From a virus (lineage: Duplodnaviria > Caudoviricetes), in IMG/VR virus record IMGVR_UViG_3300012940_000033, positions 1 to 51,348 of that record: DNA of 51,348 nucleotides. One strand, 5' to 3'. The stretch's first letter is position 1. Every line of letters begins with the position of its first letter. The notes beneath the pieces were generated by a model, which searched no databases, was not told where the DNA came from, and saw only the letters and a list, made by a program, of their open reading frames with translations. A program made the position numbers and the translations under genes. This document shows, one piece after another, positions 17,309 through 26,600 of this stretch.

Positions 17309-18621
17309 GCACGCCAACCCGAAAGGCTGCGCGTCCGAACGTTCGCGCGATCATTGATGGCCTGAATATGAAGGCGGCGATGATCGCGCCTCACTACACC
17401 GGGCTCGCTTCCGCGTTGCAGGAACTAGCTGACGCCGACACGGGCCTGGAAGAGGCTGCGTGGGAATATCGCAAGAGCGAGCTGTGCGCGGCCTACGGCC
17501 TGGCCGAGAGCCGTTCCGACAAGCCTTTCGCGTTTTCCAACGGCGTGGCGATCATCCCCGTTCACGGTGTTCTCGTGAACCGATTCTCGTACTCGTGGGG
17601 ATTTGCGACCGGCTACAATTTCATCCGGTCGCAGCTCAACGCAGCCTTGGCTGACGACGACGTGAGCTTGATCGTTTTCGACGTAAATAGCTACGGCGGC
17701 ATGGTCGCCGGCTGTTTCGAGACGGCCGACATGATCTATGAGTCGCGCTCGAAGAAGCCGTCGCTCGCCATGGTTGATGCCAGCGCCTATTCGGCGGCAT
17801 ACGCCATCGGTAGCGCGGCGTCTCGCATGGTTGTCGTTCCGTCTGGCGGTGCCGGCAGCATCGGCGTTGTCGCCATGCACGTGAATATGGGCCCGATGCT
17901 CAAGGATTTAGGTATCGAAGTCACGTTCATTCATGCCGGCAAGCACAAGGTGGATGGCAATCCGTTCGAAGCGTTGTCCCCGGATGTGAAGAAGAATATC
18001 CAGGCGAGCATCGACAAGAGCTATGCGGTATTCGTGAATAGCGTGGCCCGCAATCGCAATCTTTCGGCCAAAGCGGTGAAAGAGACTGAGGCGCAGGTTT
18101 ACGACGCCGATGACGCTCTTGCGCTTGGCCTCATTGACGCTGTGCAAACGCCGTCCGCGGCGGTTGCTGCGTACCTCGACGAGCTTTCCGGCTCGAATGA
18201 CCAACAGGAGTTTGCAATGTCCAAGGAAAACACCCAGCCGGGCGCGGAAAGCCAGCAGCAGCCCGTCGATCAAGCGGCCATCGCGGCTTCCGCCCGCCAG
18301 GCCGAACGCGAGCGCATGAGCGCGATCATGAACTGCGATGAGGCCAAGGGTAAGGCCAACCTGGCGAACCACTTGGCGCTGAACACCGACCTGTCGGTGG
18401 ACGCCGCCAAGGCGATCCTCGCAGCCGCTGCTCCCGAGAAGTCCCCGGAAGCGGCGGCTCCCGCGAAGGACCCGAGCCCTTTCGCCGCAGCGATGGACGC
18501 TTCCGGGAATCCGAACGTCGGCGCCGGCAACTCCGACGCGCCCACTACGGATGACAAGGCGTCCCGCGCTTCTCGCATCCTCGCCGCGCAAGCCGCCGCG
18601 ACTGGCATCAAGATCCAGTAA
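17305..18621 (+). CDS. Prohead protease, S49 family (lambda gpC-like), with C-terminal scaffold region
   Basis: VNSYGG, AYSAAY, GSIGV and AGKHKVDGNPF; Ala-rich C-terminus. Confidence 0.9.
   Translation: MSTPTRKAARPNVRAIIDGLNMKAAMIAPHYTGLASALQELADADTGLEEAAWEYRKSELCAAYGLAESRSDKPFAFSNGVAIIPVHGVLVNRFSYSWGFATGYNFIRSQLNAALADDDVSLIVFDVNSYGGMVAGCFETADMIYESRSKKPSLAMVDASAYSAAYAIGSAASRMVVVPSGGAGSIGVVAMHVNMGPMLKDLGIEVTFIHAGKHKVDGNPFEALSPDVKKNIQASIDKSYAVFVNSVARNRNLSAKAVKETEAQVYDADDALALGLIDAVQTPSAAVAAYLDELSGSNDQQEFAMSKENTQPGAESQQQPVDQAAIAASARQAERERMSAIMNCDEAKGKANLANHLALNTDLSVDAAKAILAAAAPEKSPEAAAPAKDPSPFAAAMDASGNPNVGAGNSDAPTTDDKASRASRILAAQAAATGIKIQ
18217..18621 (+). CDS. Nested in-frame scaffolding protein (Nu3-like)
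   Basis: AGGAG at 18206-18210, 6 nt before an in-frame ATG (M305); analogous to lambda C/Nu3. Confidence 0.6.
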   Translation: MSKENTQPGAESQQQPVDQAAIAASARQAERERMSAIMNCDEAKGKANLANHLALNTDLSVDAAKAILAAAAPEKSPEAAAPAKDPSPFAAAMDASGNPNVGAGNSDAPTTDDKASRASRILAAQAAATGIKIQ

Positions 18622-18651
18622 TCGGCCGCATCTCTATCTAGGAGAACTCTC

Positions 18652-19056
18652 ATGGCAATGACTCCCTACCCGAACAACCTGGCCGGCAACGGTACGCAGG
18701 GCGGATACACCCCGTTCCAGCTTTTCGCTGGCGAGAAGGAAATTGTGACCAACAACGGCGTCGTTCCGGCGAGCACGGAGATCAAGCAGTTCCAAGTGGT
18801 CGCTATGAACGAGAACGGCCAGATCGTTCCTTACGATCCTGAAGGCGAGGATGGCTCCGAAGTGGCTGTCGGCGTTGCGGCGCAAGGCATAACGACGGCC
18901 GCAGGCTCGACTGGTGCAATTCCGTACTATGTCAGCGCCTATTTCAACCATGAGGCGCTGGTTTGGCCCGCATCGGTCACCACTCTCGCAGCACGCCAGA
19001 TGGTGTTCAAAGGCACCGAGATCCAAATCGGCTCGCTGTACGGCGCCGAATACTAA
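18652..19056 (+). CDS. Head decoration protein (lambda gpD-like)
   Basis: AGGAG RBS; YVSAYFNHEALVWP; lies between protease and capsid genes. Confidence 0.85.
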   Translation: MAMTPYPNNLAGNGTQGGYTPFQLFAGEKEIVTNNGVVPASTEIKQFQVVAMNENGQIVPYDPEGEDGSEVAVGVAAQGITTAAGSTGAIPYYVSAYFNHEALVWPASVTTLAARQMVFKGTEIQIGSLYGAEY

Positions 19057-19083
19057 TCGCTGTACGGCTTCAGGAGAATCAAG

Positions 19084-20136
19084 ATGGCATATGAAATCTA
19101 CGACACCGTTGAGCTGCTGCAAGTTCTGCGCAAGCAGGAAGGCATCACTCCGTACTGGTTGAACTACTTCCCTCGCGTGGTCACTTCCGACCGCGAGGAA
19201 ATCCTGTTCGACCAAGTGACCGACGGCACCCGCGAGCTGGCTCCGTTCGTCGCCCCGAACGTCCAAGGTCGCGTGATGCGCAACCACGGCTACACCACCA
19301 AGACGTTTAAGCCGGCTTACGTCAAGCCGAAGCACGTGGTGGACCCGAGCCGCGCAATCCCGCGTCGTGCCGGTGAGCTGCTCGGCGGCAGCCTTTCTGC
19401 CCAGCAGCGCTACGATGCCTGCGTGGCTGAGAACCTGCGTCTCGAACGCATTTCCATCGAAAACCGCTGGGAATGGTTGGCTGCTCGCGCGATCATCGAC
19501 GGGCAAGTCACCATCGCTAGCCCGGACTATCCGGCTCAGACCGTCATCTTCGGCCGTGACAACACGCTGACGGTCACGCTGACGGGCACCGCCGTGTGGT
19601 CGGACTTGACCAACGCCAAGCCGCTGCAAAATATCGAGGAAATGCGCCGCCGCGTGCATGACCTCGCCAGCAGCACCATCACCCGGCTGACCTTCGGCCT
19701 GGAAGCCTGGCGCCTGTTCACCGCGCACGAAGAAGTCCGTGATCTGCTCGACACCCGTTACCGGGGAAGCGACTCGGAGTACAACCGCGCCATTGCGGAA
19801 GGCACTCCGATGGAATTCCGCGGTCGCATCTCGGGTCAGAACGGCATGGGTACGCTGGAACTGTGGACCTACAGCCAGAAGTACCGCGACGAAAACGGCA
19901 CGCTGCAAGACATCCTGAACCCTTACGCCGTTGTCGGCACGGGTCCCGGAATCCAAGGCGTTCGCTGCTTCGGCGCCATCATGGACAAGCGTGCGGGCTT
20001 GCAACCGCTCGAAATGTTCCCGAAGATGTGGGACTCCGAGGACCCCGCCGTCACCTACACGATGACGCAGAGCGCTCCGCTCATGGTCCCGGTCGAGCCC
20101 AACGCCAGCTTCACGCTGATCGTCGGCGCTGCCTGA
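19084..20136 (+). CDS. Major capsid protein (lambda gpE family)
   Basis: LAPFVAP, FKPAYVKPK and MTQSAPLMVP; AGGAG RBS. Confidence 0.92.
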   Translation: MAYEIYDTVELLQVLRKQEGITPYWLNYFPRVVTSDREEILFDQVTDGTRELAPFVAPNVQGRVMRNHGYTTKTFKPAYVKPKHVVDPSRAIPRRAGELLGGSLSAQQRYDACVAENLRLERISIENRWEWLAARAIIDGQVTIASPDYPAQTVIFGRDNTLTVTLTGTAVWSDLTNAKPLQNIEEMRRRVHDLASSTITRLTFGLEAWRLFTAHEEVRDLLDTRYRGSDSEYNRAIAEGTPMEFRGRISGQNGMGTLELWTYSQKYRDENGTLQDILNPYAVVGTGPGIQGVRCFGAIMDKRAGLQPLEMFPKMWDSEDPAVTYTMTQSAPLMVPVEPNASFTLIVGAA

Positions 20137-20143
20137 TGTGACG

Positions 20144-20179
20144 TATGGTGACGGTCCGCTTCGGCGGGCCGTCCCCATA
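20144..20179 (+). terminator. Strong UUCG hairpin after the capsid gene (terminator or RNA-stabilising element)
   Basis: TATGGTGACGGTCCGC-TTCG-GCGGGCCGTCCCCATA; no U-tract. Confidence 0.5.
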
Positions 20180-20208
20180 TGCGTGAACCATAATTCCAGG
20201 AGTCAGTC

Positions 20209-20574
20209 GTGGCCCAGTATATTGCCAAGGAAGGGATCGTCGTCGTCCGTAACGGGAAATTCGTCTACCCGGAAATCGGCAAGGTGTTCCCCTTCACCGA
20301 GAAAGAGATTGCCGATCTGATCCGGATCCGCCCGCAATCCATTGAGGAAGTCAAGGCGCCCGAACAGGCAGCCCCCTCTGTGGTCGAACAGCCTGCGCCC
20401 GAAACGCCCGTTGAAGGTGACGATGAGGCCGATGTCGATCTGTCCGAGCTGACCAAGGCGAAACTGGTCGCCAAGGCCAAGTCGCTCGGTTTGTCCGTCG
20501 CTTCGAACGCTTCGAAGGGCGATCTCATCGCTGCCATCGAAGCGGCGCAGGCTGACGACGACGAGCAGTTGTGA
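20209..20574 (+). CDS. Post-capsid protein with C-terminal HeH/Rho-N-like helical motif
   Basis: AGGAG RBS with GTG start; LSELTKAKLVAKAKSLGL...SKGDLIAAI. Confidence 0.6.
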   Translation: MAQYIAKEGIVVVRNGKFVYPEIGKVFPFTEKEIADLIRIRPQSIEEVKAPEQAAPSVVEQPAPETPVEGDDEADVDLSELTKAKLVAKAKSLGLSVASNASKGDLIAAIEAAQADDDEQL

Positions 20575-20584
20575 GGCACGGGTA

Positions 20585-20980
20585 ATGTCGGATTGGCGCG
20601 AACAGAAGCGGGAAGCGCGGCGCATCGTTCACGATGTGATGCACATCCCGGCGAAATACTACACGTCGCCTGGCGCATCTCCGGCCGACGTTCGCGTTCG
20701 TCTGCATACGAAGTTCACGCTGATCGGCGATGATCGGAGTATGGGATGGGCTGAGATGCAGGCTGTGAAGCCTCGGCTCATCTTCATGCGCCCCGAACTG
20801 GATGAGGCCGGCATCGAGCTTACCCGCAACGCCATTGTCTATTTACAGCCCGGCGAAGCCTACGCCATCGACAATACGCTTCCGCCAGACGACATCACCG
20901 TCACGGCGGAAGTGACTTTGTTGTCGAAGAAGCAATACCAGGACGCAGGCTTGCCGCCTGTTCCGGGGTCTACGCCGTGA
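20585..20980 (+). CDS. Head-tail joining protein (gpFII-like)
   Basis: Position in the head-tail connector block; GAGG RBS. Confidence 0.6.
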   Translation: MSDWREQKREARRIVHDVMHIPAKYYTSPGASPADVRVRLHTKFTLIGDDRSMGWAEMQAVKPRLIFMRPELDEAGIELTRNAIVYLQPGEAYAIDNTLPPDDITVTAEVTLLSKKQYQDAGLPPVPGSTP

Positions 20981-21594
20981 ACGCATACGAGATTTCCCTG
21001 GATGGCCTCGGCGAGCTTCCCGACCTGAGCGAAGCTCCCGAAAAGATCGCTCGGTATGCCAGGATGGCGATCAACCGGGCTGCTGAGCGTGCTCGCGCCC
21101 AGGCTGCAAGACGCATGCGTGAGCAGGTGGCGTTCCCGGCCAGTTACCTCACCGGCCAGGACGCCAGGCTGTACATCAAGCAGAAGGCGGTCGGAGACAA
21201 CCTCGAAGCCGTCATCACTGGTCGCTTCCGGCCCACGTCCCTCGCCCGCTTTGCCCGCGAGAATTCGGCATCTGCTGCCCGCGCGAAAGGCGGCTTGACG
21301 GTCGAGGTCAAGCCCGGCGCCGCTCAGTTTTTGCGCGGGGCTTTCTTCGTCAAGCTGAGGGCGGGCCGGGAGCGTACCGACACGAAGTTCAACCTGGGCG
21401 TGGCGATCCGCCTGAAGCCCGGCCAGCGGCCGCGCAATACCCGCGCCGCGGCGCAGTTGGACCACAATGTTTGGCTGCTCTACGGCCCGTCTGTGAACCA
21501 AGTTTTCCGAACCGTGCGTGAGGACATCGGTCCCGAAGTCCAAGACTTCCTGACGGCCGAATTCTTGCGACTATTGGATGTCGAGGGTCTGTAA
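20977..21594 (+). CDS. Neck/tail completion protein (gpZ-like)
   Basis: Basic protein with RPTSLARF and LLYGPSVNQVF; synteny. Confidence 0.65.
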   Translation: MNAYEISLDGLGELPDLSEAPEKIARYARMAINRAAERARAQAARRMREQVAFPASYLTGQDARLYIKQKAVGDNLEAVITGRFRPTSLARFARENSASAARAKGGLTVEVKPGAAQFLRGAFFVKLRAGRERTDTKFNLGVAIRLKPGQRPRNTRAAAQLDHNVWLLYGPSVNQVFRTVREDIGPEVQDFLTAEFLRLLDVEGL

Positions 21595-22100
21595 TGGCAG
21601 ATATCCCTTTTCGCCTGCGAGTGCTGCAAGCCCTGACGAGCGTGCTGCAAGGCATCACGCCAGCGAACGGCTACAATTACGATCTCAGTGATTGCGTATT
21701 CCGCGGCAGGCTATTCTTCGGCGATGGCGACCCCATCCCGCTCGTGTCTGTCTTGGAAGCGCCGCTGCCTGACGAGCCGGATCTTGTTCCGGCCGCCGGT
21801 ACGTACTGGAAAGGACGCTGGCGCTTGATGGTTCAAGGCTGGGTGGACGACGACAAGGAAAACCCGACTGACCCTGCGCACTTCCTTCTCGCTGACGTGA
21901 AGAAGGTTCTTGCCGAAGAGAGGAAGAAGATGCTCGGGCGCGGCGGCAACAGCGTGCTCGGAATGGACGGGCGCGTCACCGACTTGATCATCGGCTCGCA
22001 TGTCGTTCGACCGGCCGAAGAACATGTCAATGCGTATGCCAACTTTCTGTTGTCAGTTTCGCTAGAAATAGCGGAAAATATGGCCGATCCCTACGCTTAG
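21594..22100 (+). CDS. Tail terminator protein
   Basis: ITPANGY..DL...VFRGR; lies immediately before the major tail gene. Confidence 0.65.
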   Translation: MADIPFRLRVLQALTSVLQGITPANGYNYDLSDCVFRGRLFFGDGDPIPLVSVLEAPLPDEPDLVPAAGTYWKGRWRLMVQGWVDDDKENPTDPAHFLLADVKKVLAEERKKMLGRGGNSVLGMDGRVTDLIIGSHVVRPAEEHVNAYANFLLSVSLEIAENMADPYA

Positions 22101-22148
22101 CAGAGGGTGAGTCCATCCTTTTCTTTCTTTGTCTAACGTGAGGCAATC

Positions 22149-22940
22149 ATGGCAGATCCGATGAACTATACCCTTGGCCGTGGGGAACTTTATTTCAACA
22201 AGTTCAGAATCGGCACGATGGTGGGTATCGGTGAGCGTTACTTCGGGAACACTCCCGAGGTGTCCTTCACCTTTGAGTCCGAAACTTTGGACCACTACAA
22301 CAGCGACCGCGGCGTTCGCGAGAAGGATGCGTCCGTCATCCTGCAAACGAACCGCACCGGCTCGTTCTCGACCGACAACATCTCGCCCGAGAACTTGGCG
22401 CTGTTTTTCTTCGGCGACAAGGATGTCCTGACGCAAGCGAGCGCCACCGCTGTGTCGGAAACGTTCGAAGACGTGCAACAGGGTCTGTTCTACCAGCTCG
22501 GCGCCACCCAGGCGAACCCGACTGGCGTGCGTCTGGTGACGAACGTTGTGGTAACGGACGACGCCACGCCTACGGCGAACACGTTCGTTGTCGGTCAGGA
22601 CTACCAGGTTGATCTTCAGCTCGGCCGCATCGAGATCCTGAAGGGCGGCGATATCACCGACGGCACGAACCTCGTCGTTACCTATGACGTGACCGCTTCG
22701 ACGCGCGAGCTGGTGGTGTCGGGCTCGCAAGCCGTGGAAGGCGAGCTGCGCTATATCGCCCGGAACCCGACCGGCGAGCAGATCGACTACTTCTGGCCGC
22801 ATGTGAAGATCGCGCCGAACGGCGACTTCGCGCTGAAGAGTGATGAATTCCAGGTCATCCCCTTCACTATCGAAGTGCTCAAGCGGCCTGGCTACGAAGC
22901 TGTGTACGCGACGAAGCGTGCCACGGCGACTACGCCGTAA
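22149..22940 (+). CDS. Major tail tube protein
   Basis: NYTLGRGELYF, RYFGNTPE and PNGDFALK; synteny. Confidence 0.8.
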   Translation: MADPMNYTLGRGELYFNKFRIGTMVGIGERYFGNTPEVSFTFESETLDHYNSDRGVREKDASVILQTNRTGSFSTDNISPENLALFFFGDKDVLTQASATAVSETFEDVQQGLFYQLGATQANPTGVRLVTNVVVTDDATPTANTFVVGQDYQVDLQLGRIEILKGGDITDGTNLVVTYDVTASTRELVVSGSQAVEGELRYIARNPTGEQIDYFWPHVKIAPNGDFALKSDEFQVIPFTIEVLKRPGYEAVYATKRATATTP

Positions 22941-22952
22941 TCGGGGGTCGGC

Positions 22953-23378
22953 ATGGGTCTCAAAGACTTGAAGTTGCCGACCGAAACTGTGGAAGTCCCC
23001 GGCGCTGGCGAGGACGGCGCCGCCGCCTATTTCAGCGTCCGGGGTCTTTCCTTTTCGGATCTCCGAATCCTCGTTGTGAAGTATTCGGGTGAACTGGCGT
23101 CCATCTTCGATCTCTTGGCAAATGGCCGGCAGGGCGAAGTCGATGTTGAGAGCGCTTCCGCTCTGGTTGCCGATTTCATTCAGAAGTTTCCAGCCGTTGC
23201 CGCCGAGATTATCGCGGTTGCGTCTGGTGAACCCGATAGCTTCGAAACGGCGCTTGCGCTGCCTTTCCCGATACAGACTGAAGCGATCCAGAAAATCGTG
23301 AAGTTGACCTTCGCGACGGAGAGTTCGGTAAAAAAGTTCGTGGAGACCGTCAGCAGCCTGTTCAGCAAGAAAAGCTGA
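22953..23378 (+). CDS. Tail assembly chaperone (gpG-like)
   Basis: Between the tail tube and tape measure genes; slippery site near its 3' end. Confidence 0.8.
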   Translation: MGLKDLKLPTETVEVPGAGEDGAAAYFSVRGLSFSDLRILVVKYSGELASIFDLLANGRQGEVDVESASALVADFIQKFPAVAAEIIAVASGEPDSFETALALPFPIQTEAIQKIVKLTFATESSVKKFVETVSSLFSKKS

Positions 23379-23626
23379 ATTTTCAGGAGTGGATGTGGGG
23401 CATACGTCGGCAAGTCTCCCTGTTACTGGCAGAGGGGCACCCGTATGCTCAGCACTACCCGATAGGCATGGTTTGGGACGAGTCCCGGCTGGCGGTCGCA
23501 AGGATAAACGGGTTTCACGCAACGCAGGCCATCCTTGTCCAACTCGCGATTTCCTCAGCCCTTTCGAAAGAAGGCGCCAAGGAATTCAAGAAGAGCATTC
23601 AAAGGTTGAACGAAAGTGGCGACTAG
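23330..23626 (+). CDS. Frameshifted chaperone extension (gpGT-like) via -1 slip at A AAA AAG
   Basis: The heptamer at 23330-23336 is correctly phased, and the -1 frame is open from there through ORF 23393-23626. Confidence 0.8.
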   Translation, partial: KKVRGDRQQPVQQEKLNFQEWMWGIRRQVSLLLAEGHPYAQHYPIGMVWDESRLAVARINGFHATQAILVQLAISSALSKEGAKEFKKSIQRLNESGD

Positions 23627-26600
23627 AAAGGGCGATGTCGATCTCGTAATACGAGCGCGGAATGAGGCGAGCAAAGCGCTCGACGGCATCAACAAGGCTC
23701 TCGCCGATCTGGTCGGAATCCAGAATGACGTGAGCGCGTCTTCCAAGAAAACGGGGGACGCGCTTTCTGACTTTTCAAGGCTGGCAACCACTGTCGGCAA
23801 CGCCTTCAACAAGATCAACTCCGATGCCGACCGCGCCGCAGCCACGTTCGAGCGTCAAGAGAAAGCCCTGGCTGAAAACCAGGCCGCGTATCAGTCGATC
23901 CTGACGCAGATGGAAGCCGCGGTGCGGGCGCAGGCTCGGCTACGCGCTGAAAGCCAGAAGGAAGGCGCCGACAAGAAGGAGCTGGCTGCGCAGCTCAAAC
24001 TGGTCGAAACGGCCTACAAGTCACTCAGCTCGCAGGCAAACCGTCTGTCCGAGACGATCAATCGTCAAGAGCGGGATCTTCGTGCGTCCTACTACGCTTT
24101 GCAGGATCTGAGGGTTGGCGCCGAGCAGGCCGCCAATGCGCTCGACAAGGTACGCGAGGCTGAACAGCGTGCCGGCGATGCCGCTGCCGCTGCTGCCGCG
24201 AAGCAGCAGCAGGCCGCGCAGGCGGTCGCGCGGCGCTCGTCCCTGGAACTGCGTCGTTCGATGCAGGAGGCGGCAGGATCGGCTCAGACGGGCTGGCGTG
24301 AGGCTCAGACGGCGATCCGCGATCTGGCTACCGAGATCAGCCGCGTGGGCGTCCCGACGAGTCAGATGGTTGCGGACATGACCCGGTTGCAACAGGTCGC
24401 CCGTGCCAACAAGCAGGCATATACCGAACTTCAGGTCGCCATCGAGCAGTACACCCGCGTGCTGCGCACGCAGGGCGCCAGCCAGCAGGATATCGCCGCC
24501 GCGCAGGAACGCGCACGTGCCGCCCTGGCCGGCTCTCGCAACATGATGGTCGAACTAGCGTCGGTCACGCAGCGCAACGCGACCGCCACCCGCGAGTTCG
24601 GGGAGGCGAGCAACCGCGCCGCTGGCGGTGCGACGAACCTCGATCGCGCCCTGGTGAGCTTGTTCGCGAATTCCCGCCGATCGCTGTCGCTGTACCAGCG
24701 TATGCGCGGCGAAGTGCTGTCGCTGATCAGCACCTATGTGGGCCTGTACGCCGCCATCGAGGGCGTGAACCGCATCATCCAGGCCAGCATGGACATGCAG
24801 GCCGTCGAGTCGCGCCTGAACGTCGTCACGGGCGGTGACGCGCAGGCGACCGCTCGTGAGATGCAGTGGATACGCAGCGAGTCCGAACGCCTCGGCTTCA
24901 GCATGAAGTCGCTCGCGAACGAGTGGTCGAAATTCGCCGTGGCAGCGCAGGCGTCGAACTTCTCGATGGACGAGACGCGCCGGATTTTCACGGCGGTGTC
25001 TGAAGCCGGCCGCGTGCTCAAGCTCAATTCGCAGCAGGTCGAACGGTCCTTCGTTGCCATCACGCAGATGATGTCGAAGGGCACGATCTCTGCTGAAGAA
25101 CTGCGGCAGCAACTGGGCGAACACATCCCGGGCGCTTTCGCCCTGATGGCGGAAGCCGCCGGAGTGTCCGGCGCCGAGCTGTCAAAGATGATGGAGCGCG
25201 GCGAGCTGACGACGGAGTATTTGCTGAAGTTCGCCGACGTTCTCGAAAAGCGATTCGGCGGTCAGCTCTCTAAGGCCCTTGAGACCACTCAGGCCGAGAT
25301 GGGTCGCTTCGAGACGGCCCTGACAATCGCTCTGAACAAGATTGCCGACTCTGGCGTCATCGACGAGTTCACGGCGGCTCTGCGCGAACTTACCGAGCTG
25401 CTGAAGCGCCCTGAAGCTGAGGTCTACTTCGAGCGGATTGGCGCGGCAATCGGCGGTGTGATCAAGTTCTTGATGAGTCTTCTCAAGAACATGGACATGA
25501 TCATCTCCGCGCTGGTTTTACTCGGTAGCGCCAAGGCTGCGAGCTATATCATGCAGCTCGGTGCCGCATTCGCCACCACGGTCACTGCGGCTGGCGGGGC
25601 AGGAGCTGCCGTCAGGGGCCTCGGAGCTGCCGTCCTGGGTCTCCGAGCAGGCATCCCCGCTGTGACGGCCTTGTCGGCCGGATTCGGCGGCCTGGGGGCC
25701 GCGATGTCGGCTCTCGCGGGTCCGGTCGGAATCCTGGTCGGGGCCCTGGCAGCCGGATTCACCTTCCTCGCGACACGTGTGAGCGAAGCCGACGTGGCTC
25801 TGAAGCGCGTCGAGCAAAATGTCAACAAGATCACCCAGGCTTACAACAACGGCACCAGCTCGGCGAAAGAATGGGTCGAAGCGCTGAAAGGCATGTCCGA
25901 GCTGGAAATGGCAGCGGACCTGAAGCGCCTGCGTCAGAAGCTACAAGGCGAGCTTGAGCAGATCGTCCAGCCGTTCGGCCGGGCATTCATGAGCCGTGTT
26001 GAGCGTTCGGATTCGCCGCTCAAGCCGGTCTACCAGGAAATCCAGCGCCTCGTTGAGGAAGCTCGCAAGGGTAACATTCCTCTGAACGAATTCCGCGAAC
26101 GCCTGGACAATATCGGCAAGGAACACCCCGAGCTAGCCAAGGTCGCGACGAGCCTGATTCAGATGGCCGGAAGCGCCGTCGAGACGGAAGAGGCCGTCAG
26201 GAAGCTCGAAGCCGCAATCCGCCTGAAGAACGGCGCCGCCACTGAAGCCGATAGGAAGCTGCTGGGCCTCGCGTCCGCAATGGACGAAAGCAGCACTGCT
26301 GCGACTCGCGGGGCAGACGCTCTCGGCAAGTACACGAAAGCCATGGAAAACATGGCTAAGATGATTCCCGAGTTGAAGCGCCAGCTTGAATTCGAAGAGA
26401 ACGTCGAAAAGCTTCGCAAAGAACTGCAAGATGCGTTCGATGGCGCTACGGGGAAAGAAAACGAGGAAGAGCTGAAACGCGCAGCCATGGATCGCGCCGC
26501 CACGATCATGGCCGGCGTCAAGCGAGCGTTCGACGAAGCCCTCATCAACGATCTGAAGCCGAAGCGCGGCGACGCCCTGTACCAGAGCGTGCAACTTCTC

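Noticed and set aside
19033-19068. 12-bp direct repeat TCGCTGTACGGC around the decoration gene stop
   Set aside because: A single short duplication with no supporting structure; likely a local duplication scar.
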